Made by a program: the position numbers and the translations under genes. Shown piece after piece: positions 57,211 through 64,000 of a stretch of 64,000 nt of DNA. Under the pieces are notes generated by a model. The model did not search any database. It was not told the origin of the DNA and was given only the letters and a program-made list of their open reading frames with translations. This stretch comes from an uncultured delta proteobacterium. GTDB lineage: Bacteria > Desulfobacterota > Binatia > Binatales > Binataceae. Position 1 is the first letter of the stretch, and each line of letters starts with the position of its first letter. The DNA is taken from assembly GCA_963851325.1 (NCBI GenBank), contig CAWKOR010000001.1, positions 3,508,144 through 3,572,143 of the forward strand, written 5' to 3'.

Positions 57211-58029
57211 CTACTTCAACGCCTGATGCGGCTGATTCAGCGACGCGTGATAGCGCTTGATCGCGAGATCGAGGAATTGCGCTTCGGTGTCGATGCCGAT
57301 GAAACGACGGCCATGATGGGTCGCCGCGATTCCAGTAGTGCCGCTTCCGACGAACGGATCGACCACCAGATCGCCCTCGTCGCTCGAGGCGAGGATGATT
57401 CGCTCCAGCAGCGCGAGGGGTTTCTGGGTCGGATGCGCGCCGAACTCCTTTTCCGCTCCGGTTGGCGCGGTGAATCGCCACACCGATTTCATCTGTCGAT
57501 CGCCATTGTGACTCCGCATGAGCTGGTAGTTGAACTTGTGTTTGCTCCGCAGATCGCGCGCCGCCCACAGGATCGTTTCGGTCGAATGAGTGAAGTAGCG
57601 GCAACTCAGGTTGGGCGGCGGGTTCGGCTTCTCCCAGGTGATTTCGTTGAGCAGCTTAAAACCGCTCTCCTGCATCGCAAAGCCAACCGAGTAGATGACG
57701 TGGCGGGTGCCTGAGACCCAGATCACGCCGTTGGGTTGCAGCGCCGAGCGGCACGCAATCAGCCACGCGCGATTGAACTGGTGCATTGCCGCAACTGATT
57801 CGAGGCGATCCCATCCGCCCTTGTTGACCGAGACCATCTTGCCCGACTGACAGGTGATGCCGCCGTTAGAGAGGAAGTAGGGTGGATCGGCAAACACCAA
57901 ATCCGCCGAGGCGTCCGCAATTTGCGGCAGCACCTCGAGCGCGTCGCCATGGTAGAGAATGAAATCGCGCCGATCGGAAACGAAGTAGGCCGCCGGCGGT
58001 TGCGACGCCGATGCCGAATCATCCGGCAT
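57211..58029 (-). CDS. beta-class DNA methyltransferase (N6-adenine or N4-cytosine; DPPY)
   Basis: Motif IV FADPPYF precedes motif I DPFVGSGTTGIAA. The start is ATG 58029 or the upstream ATG 58119. Its stop lies 2 nt from the CehA-like gene start. Confidence 0.7.
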   Translation of the reverse strand: MPDDSASASQPPAAYFVSDRRDFILYHGDALEVLPQIADASADLVFADPPYFLSNGGITCQSGKMVSVNKGGWDRLESVAAMHQFNRAWLIACRSALQPNGVIWVSGTRHVIYSVGFAMQESGFKLLNEITWEKPNPPPNLSCRYFTHSTETILWAARDLRSKHKFNYQLMRSHNGDRQMKSVWRFTAPTGAEKEFGAHPTQKPLALLERIILASSDEGDLVVDPFVGSGTTGIAATHHGRRFIGIDTEAQFLDLAIKRYHASLNQPHQALK

Positions 58030-58210
58030 CGTACGCGATGCCGCCTGCGTGTGCGTGATCCTCGCCTTCCCCACCAATGCTCCTTTGAAACCGATAGCGT
58101 GCCCGATCCTCGGCTGCAACCGCCAATTCGCCGCGCTTCACGGAGCGGACACAAGAGGGATAACATCCCGCATCGAAGAAGCGAACACCGCATCGATCGG
58201 AGGAAGGAAA

Positions 58211-58969
58211 ATGGCAGGTCTGGTTCTGCGCGAAGACAAAGACGGACTCGCGACCCTGACGCTCAATCGTCCCGACAAGCTCAACTCGATCAACGTCGAA
58301 ATGTTCATCGAGCTGCGCGCGCACATCGACGCGATCGCGAAGGACACCGACCGCATCGGGCTGGTAGTCGTACGCGGCGCCGGCAGATGCTTTTCCGCGG
58401 GCCACGATCTCGCCGATATCGCGAAGGGCGAGCGTCCGCCGCGTCCCAACTTTCAGTCCGAGACGGTCGAGCGCCTCGCCGATTTGCCGCAACCGGTGAT
58501 TTCCGCGGTCCACGGCCATTGCTATACCGGCGCGCTGGAACTGGCGCTGGCCGGCGATCTGATTGTCGCGTCGGCGTCGGCGAAGTTTGCCGATACGCAT
58601 GCGCGATGGGCGCTGACTCCGATCTGGGGCATGAGCCAGCGGCTGCCGCGCCGGGTCGGGATTCCCAAGGCGCGCGAGATGATGCTGACCTGCCGCACCT
58701 ATTCGGGCGCCGAGGCCGCCGCGATGGGTCTGGCGAATGTGTGCTTCCCCGACGAAAGCTTCGAAGCGGAATTGCGCGTGCTGGCCGACATGATTCTCGC
58801 CAATTCGTGGTTCAGCCATCGCGCGAACAAGCGCCTGCTCATCGAGACCGACGGGTTGCCGCTCGGCGCCGGACTTTCCTACGAGGTGTACAAGAATCCC
58901 GGCGTCGGCCCCGACATGCGCGAGCGCATCACCGCGTTCAACAACAAGACCGCGAAGAAGGTTTCCTAG
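58211..58969 (+). CDS. enoyl-CoA hydratase/isomerase (crotonase) family protein
   Basis: ATG at 58211 after a GGAAGGA RBS. Has the oxyanion-hole motifs VVRGAGRCFSAGHDL and AVHGHCYTGALELALAGD. Confidence 0.8.
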   Translation: MAGLVLREDKDGLATLTLNRPDKLNSINVEMFIELRAHIDAIAKDTDRIGLVVVRGAGRCFSAGHDLADIAKGERPPRPNFQSETVERLADLPQPVISAVHGHCYTGALELALAGDLIVASASAKFADTHARWALTPIWGMSQRLPRRVGIPKAREMMLTCRTYSGAEAAAMGLANVCFPDESFEAELRVLADMILANSWFSHRANKRLLIETDGLPLGAGLSYEVYKNPGVGPDMRERITAFNNKTAKKVS

Positions 58970-58979
58970 CCGGGCGACT

Positions 58980-59345
58980 TCAGGGGGTTGGGCCCGCGAC
59001 CTGATCGATGACGTTGGAAAGCTCGGGGATCCGGTAGCGCTCGCCCGAGTACGCCTTGTACATCAGGAACAGCCAGAAGATCGCCAGCCCCAGGTTGACG
59101 AGTCCTTGCAGGAAGCCGAACAGCCCGCCCAGTTGACGCGGCAGCACCGCGATAAAAACGCCGAAGATCACATTGATGGCGAACCACGCGACCGAGAATC
59201 CGATCGACTGGCGCGCATGAAAACGGACGAACTCATCCTGGTTGTAGGGTTCCAGATACAGAAAGATGATCCCGGTCACGAACCCCAACAGATAGGTCAG
59301 AGCGGCAATTGGTTGCGATGGTCCCCGTACGGTGTCGCCATTCAT
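58980..59345 (-). CDS. DUF4870-like small membrane protein
   Basis: 121 aa with 3 TM helices and a YLLGFVTGIIFLY motif. Confidence 0.5.
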   Translation of the reverse strand: MNGDTVRGPSQPIAALTYLLGFVTGIIFLYLEPYNQDEFVRFHARQSIGFSVAWFAINVIFGVFIAVLPRQLGGLFGFLQGLVNLGLAIFWLFLMYKAYSGERYRIPELSNVIDQVAGPTP

Positions 59346-59460
59346 GATACGCCTCCATGACCCAACAAGTTTAGCAGCAGGCTTCGATATCTGTAGTCGA
59401 AGGTCGCGGGCCGAGGCAATGCCGTCCGGCTGCTGCGCCCGCGAACCCGGAGGCGAGCGG

Positions 59461-59922
59461 CTACTTCTTGTCGGCGCCGTCGGTGGTCAACTCGATGCGG
59501 CTCAACGCGTCGTCGATCGAGCGCGCAGTAGCGATGGTGTCGAGCTGCGCCTTGATGCGCTTGGCGAGTTGCTTGCGAAAAACCGGCTTGGCCAGAAAGT
59601 CGCTGACTCCGACGCGCATCCCCTCGGCGCGGGATTCGATATCGTCGCGGGCGGTGACCATGATGATCGGAATCTCCGCGGTGGCCGGATTGTTCTTGAG
59701 CGCGCGCGCAACCTCGAAACCGTCCATGTCGGGCATCATCAGATCGAGCAGGATGACATCCACCTGCTGCTCGCAGACGAGCCTCAGACACTGCGGACCG
59801 GACAGGGCTTCGAGGGTGGCGAAGCCTTCGCGCTGGAGGTAGCTGGCAAGAATGGTAACGGTGTCGGGGTCGTCGTCGACCACCATGATTCGCGCGATTG
59901 AGCCGATCGTGCTGGCGCCCAT
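59461..59922 (-). CDS. stand-alone response-regulator receiver (CheY-like) protein
   Basis: 153 aa with the phospho-acceptor context IMVVDDDPDT...LLDLMMPDMDG...IIMVTA and no output domain. Confidence 0.8.
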   Translation of the reverse strand: MGASTIGSIARIMVVDDDPDTVTILASYLQREGFATLEALSGPQCLRLVCEQQVDVILLDLMMPDMDGFEVARALKNNPATAEIPIIMVTARDDIESRAEGMRVGVSDFLAKPVFRKQLAKRIKAQLDTIATARSIDDALSRIELTTDGADKK

Positions 59923-59928
59923 CGTCGT

Positions 59929-61023
<1,095 letters not shown>

Positions 61024-61166
61024 AAAATGTTACACAGATCGCGACATGGTGCCATCGAAACTGTTGAAAGTGAGATGAACGAATGGCTTGACTTTCGTCG
61101 CTCGCGTACTTGGCGCGGCAGATTCCGGGCGCGATCGCGATGCCGAGAGAATGGCCTCGCGCGAGG

Positions 61167-61661
61167 TTACGCTACTGAATGACGATAGATCGCCGCTTGC
61201 CCGGGACCTTCGGCAACCGAGATCTCGATGACCTCGGCCTCGCCCGACGCTCCCCGCGACTTCAGTCCCGCGATCAGCTCCGCCCAGATGTAGCGCGCGA
61301 TCTCTTCGGCCGAGCTGTGGATAATTGGCAGCATCGCAACGTCATTGACCGGGAAAATGAACTCGTCGGATTCGTAGCGGACGCGGATCTGGCGCTCATT
61401 GGGACGATCGATCTTGAGGCAGTCGCTGTGGGCGGGAATGATGGTGCGTTCGTCGATGCCATCGACAATCGCCTTGACGATCTTCTTGATCAGGCCGAAG
61501 TCGATCACGTATCCGGTTGACGCGAGCTTGCCTTCGACGCGCACTCCGACCTGGTAGTTGTGGCCATGCAGCGGCTCGCGGAAGCCGGGGTAGGCGATGA
61601 AATGCGCGGCCGAGAATTTCAGATTCTCCTTGGCGACGTGGATGGCGAATTCGGATTTCAT
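61167..61661 (-). CDS. 6-pyruvoyl-tetrahydropterin synthase (PTPS/QueD) family protein
   Basis: ATG at 61661 (MKSEFAIHVAKENLKFSAAHF...EPLHGHNYQV). Zn-binding His triad context, about 164 aa. Confidence 0.65.
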   Translation of the reverse strand: MKSEFAIHVAKENLKFSAAHFIAYPGFREPLHGHNYQVGVRVEGKLASTGYVIDFGLIKKIVKAIVDGIDERTIIPAHSDCLKIDRPNERQIRVRYESDEFIFPVNDVAMLPIIHSSAEEIARYIWAELIAGLKSRGASGEAEVIEISVAEGPGQAAIYRHSVA

Positions 61662-61701
61662 CTCAGGTCGGGCTCCGCGCGTGCAGGCCCTCACATCATC
61701 A

Positions 61702-62607
61702 TTATCCGACCGACGCCCGCTTGAGTAGCGGCGCGAGCGCCGGCGCCGGTGCATCGCCGAAGCGATCGGCGTAGCGGCGCTCGTCGAGCGAGGTGGCGCG
61801 CAAGAATCGGTCGCGCTCGCCGTTGGCCGCGCGATGGAAATGGCGCGCGAGGTCAGCCACCCAATCGGCATCCGCATCGAAGCTCGCCATCAGATCGCCG
61901 ACCGCGACCCCGTGGACGCCGCCGAGGAGGCATTCGGCGAAGTAGCCAATCTGCCCCTCGCGATCGATCGGCAGATGCGTCAGCGCAAGCGCGTCCTGGC
62001 AGGTGAGCAGCTTCTCCATGTTGAACTCGCGGCGTTTCGAGATGACATCGTCATGGCCGCTGAAATGGAAGCCGGAGCCGATCGCGGCGATCGCGACCCG
62101 CCCGTCATCGAGCGGCACCGGATGAAAGATGTAACCGGGCGAAGTGTAGCCGAGGATCGCGCATAGCTCGCGGCGATACGCATCGAGATTGAATGCGGCA
62201 CTTTGCGCAATCGTGAGGAGGTACTCGGCCAGCGGCTTGCCCGCACGCTCCGCGATATCCAGCAGGCGGAGAAAATTCTCGGAGTCGTACTCTTCGCGAG
62301 TTGAGATTCTCGCCGCCCACTGCGCGTCGAACTCCAGCAGCAGGCCGCCGACTTCGGACCGATGGCCGCGACCTCGCGCGATATGCACCTTGATGGGTTC
62401 GGTGGGATCGATCGGCTCCAGATCCATCGCGAGATACTGGCCATGACTCGACGGCTTGGCGAGCCCGCGTTTGGCATTCTCAATGATGACCGGCCATGCG
62501 TCGCGGGCGAGGAGTTGGCTACGACCGCCGCGCCGTTCGGCCATCAGGCCGTAGCCGCTGAGCAGGGAGCCATAGCCGACGACCAGGATGCTTCGATTCA
62601 TCGACAT
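61702..62607 (-). CDS. hypothetical protein with an N-terminal GGCT/ChaC-like YGSL motif
   Basis: 301 aa starting ILVVGYGSLLSGYG. The remainder has no recognisable domain. Confidence 0.45.
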   Translation of the reverse strand: MSMNRSILVVGYGSLLSGYGLMAERRGGRSQLLARDAWPVIIENAKRGLAKPSSHGQYLAMDLEPIDPTEPIKVHIARGRGHRSEVGGLLLEFDAQWAARISTREEYDSENFLRLLDIAERAGKPLAEYLLTIAQSAAFNLDAYRRELCAILGYTSPGYIFHPVPLDDGRVAIAAIGSGFHFSGHDDVISKRREFNMEKLLTCQDALALTHLPIDREGQIGYFAECLLGGVHGVAVGDLMASFDADADWVADLARHFHRAANGERDRFLRATSLDERRYADRFGDAPAPALAPLLKRASVG

Positions 62608-62674
62608 CGTGTCGAAAATGGACCCGGACGGAGAGGCGAAAGATTAGCGAATAGGCTTGATTTCATTGGGTTTA

Positions 62675-63115
62675 GTGGGTTTGTTTTCGCGCTTTCAATA
62701 TTCGATGCGGCGGCTCCCGAGGTCCTTCGCGAAGCGCTCAGGACCACGTCTCGGCGATGCCGAGACTGTGGGTTTGTTTATGTAATTCTCTGGATGGCGT
62801 CCCTTCTCCCGCTCTGCGAGAACCGTGACGGACGGATGAGAGCCGGCGCGCTTCGCGACCGGTGGCGGAACGCCACCCGCATCCGCAAAAACGTAGCATT
62901 CGTGAGGATGAAGTGGCTTTGTTTTTGCGTTTTCAAGATTCGATGCGGCGGCGTCCCTAGGTCCTTCGCGAAGCGCTCAAGACCACTGCTCACGATGTTC
63001 GCAGTGGGTTTGTTTTTGCAGCTTCAATACTCGATACCGTGGCTCCCGAGGTCCTTCGCGAAGCGCTCAGGACGCCGCTCGACGATGTCTCGCGGCGTCT
63101 CGCTGCGTCTCGCGG
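62675..63115 (+). repeat. tandem array (3 full + 1 partial copies) of a ~90-bp element: sigma-54-like core + TTCGCGAA hairpin
   Basis: The units start at 62675, 62768 (partial), 62913 and 63004. Each begins GTGG(G/C)TTTGTTTT(C/T)GC..TTTCAA.ATTCGAT and contains GGTCCT-tcgcgaagcgctc-AGGACC. The array ends with 3x GTCTCGC. Confidence 0.65.
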
Positions 63116-63152
63116 TGCCTTCCTACCCCAATGATACCGAAACCTCGATGCC

Positions 63153-63725
63153 TTGTATGCCACCCGGCTTTCGATACTAAATGACTCGGTGCCGCTGCCG
63201 GATAGAATCCACATCTTTGGAGCTTCTGGCTCGGGCCAGACGACGCTGGGCGCCGCGGTCGCCGCGCGCTTTGGGCATAGCCATCTCGATGTAGACCGAT
63301 ACTTCTGGGAACCGAGCGATCCGCCGTTTCGAAAAATCCGCGAAATCCCAGCGCGTCAGCGAATGCTGGCCGATGCCCTCGATGCGCATCGGCGATGGGT
63401 GCTGTCGGGCTCGTTGTGCCGATGGGGCGACATGTTCATCCCGCGCTTCGAGCTGGCGGTCTTTCTGCACATCCCGCCTGAGATCCGGATGGCGCGCATC
63501 ATGGAGCGGGAGCACCGACGTTACGGCCACGCAATCGTGCCGGGCGGCGAAATGCACATCCAGCATCTGGAATTCATCGAATGGGCTTCCAAGTACGACA
63601 CCGCCGACGAAGGCATGCGCAGTTTCCGCCTCCACCACAAGTGGATGGCGACGCTGCCCTGCCGATGCATCCAGCTCGAGGGCGACCTCACCGTCGAGGA
63701 TCGCCTCGCTGCGCTTAGCGCATGA
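63153..63725 (+). CDS. P-loop NTPase, nucleoside/nucleotide kinase-like (AAA domain)
   Basis: Walker A IHIFGASGSGQTTLG. The start may be the GTG about 12 codons downstream of the ORF-caller Met. Confidence 0.55.
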   Translation: MYATRLSILNDSVPLPDRIHIFGASGSGQTTLGAAVAARFGHSHLDVDRYFWEPSDPPFRKIREIPARQRMLADALDAHRRWVLSGSLCRWGDMFIPRFELAVFLHIPPEIRMARIMEREHRRYGHAIVPGGEMHIQHLEFIEWASKYDTADEGMRSFRLHHKWMATLPCRCIQLEGDLTVEDRLAALSA

Positions 63726-63726
63726 C

Positions 63727-64000
63727 TTAATGCGCGAAGTTTTGCAGCTGATGCGGATCGAGGAACGCCTTGGTCACGATGCCCATGTTGATGTACCAGC
63801 TTTCGTGCTCCTGGCTTTCATGACCCGGCATATATACCACCGATGAAAATCCGTTCTGGACGTCCTCATCGACCAGCGCGGTCTGGAACATCCGCTTGAA
63901 AGGATAAATCGCGACCTTGGCATCGCGGACCGGGCGATCGCTGTAGGTATTGAAGGTCGCGATGGTCTTCCACAATTTTCCTTCGCCGTCGTACTGATCC
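63727..64000 (-). CDS. hypothetical protein, C-terminal fragment (the gene continues beyond the window end)
   Basis: The open frame runs to the window edge with its stop at 63727. No recognisable motif. Confidence 0.3.
   Translation of the reverse strand, partial: DQYDGEGKLWKTIATFNTYSDRPVRDAKVAIYPFKRMFQTALVDEDVQNGFSSVVYMPGHESQEHESWYINMGIVTKAFLDPHQLQNFAH

Noticed and set aside
62675-63115. Possible CRISPR array
   Set aside because: The units are about 90 bp with near-identical long repeats and no unique spacers of regular length. No cas genes are present. This is not CRISPR architecture.
62362-63180. 272-aa ORF spanning the tandem repeat array
   Set aside because: Its translation shows the repeat structure (FAKRS recurring). 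It has no RBS or start context and no homology. The DNA-level repeat with hairpins is the more economical explanation.

Overview
This is a high-GC (roughly 60-65%), gene-dense bacterial chromosomal segment with about 56 genes. Composition and gene content suggest an Acidobacteria-like or other soil bacterium, but the lineage is uncertain. I see no transposases, integrases, phage genes or CRISPR arrays. The main blocks, in order, are: (1) CDP-alcohol phosphatidyltransferase, an NrnA-like DHH phosphoesterase and a short YtrA-type GntR module with a palindromic operator. (2) TetR, membrane-fusion and RND efflux genes on the + strand. (3) A two-gene molybdopterin oxidoreductase complex whose FeS subunit is fused to an NrfD-type membrane anchor and whose catalytic subunit has no Tat signal, followed by tRNA-Val and a deaminase. 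(4) ribH, cytochrome c, and an oxygenase/dehydrogenase cluster that resembles steroid-ring catabolism (KshA-like Rieske oxygenase, HsaA-like flavin monooxygenase, two KstD-family flavoproteins, two SDRs) with prs inserted. (5) An APC permease, PhyH, a hicBA pair, a membrane-anchored HdrD/DsrK-like FeS protein, and a retropepsin-like aspartyl protease with an overlapping DUF5678-like partner. (6) ABC-F ATPase, hydrolases, D-aminoacylase, a class III cyclase and an amidohydrolase. (7) A single-chain BC-BCCP-CT (LCC-type) acyl-CoA carboxylase. (8) A large minus-strand efflux operon (OMF, MFP and two tandem RND paralogs that share a ~0.5 kb gene-conversion tract), preceded by a DNA methyltransferase/CehA-family lipoprotein pair. 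(9) A sigma-54 enhancer-binding protein lacking a receiver domain next to a stand-alone receiver gene. The most unusual non-coding signal is a repeat family sitting in two divergent intergenic regions (36.2-36.5 kb and 62.7-63.1 kb). Its conserved 5' core, TGGGTTTGTTTT(C/T)GC, has sigma-54 -24/-12 geometry and is followed by conserved hairpins.
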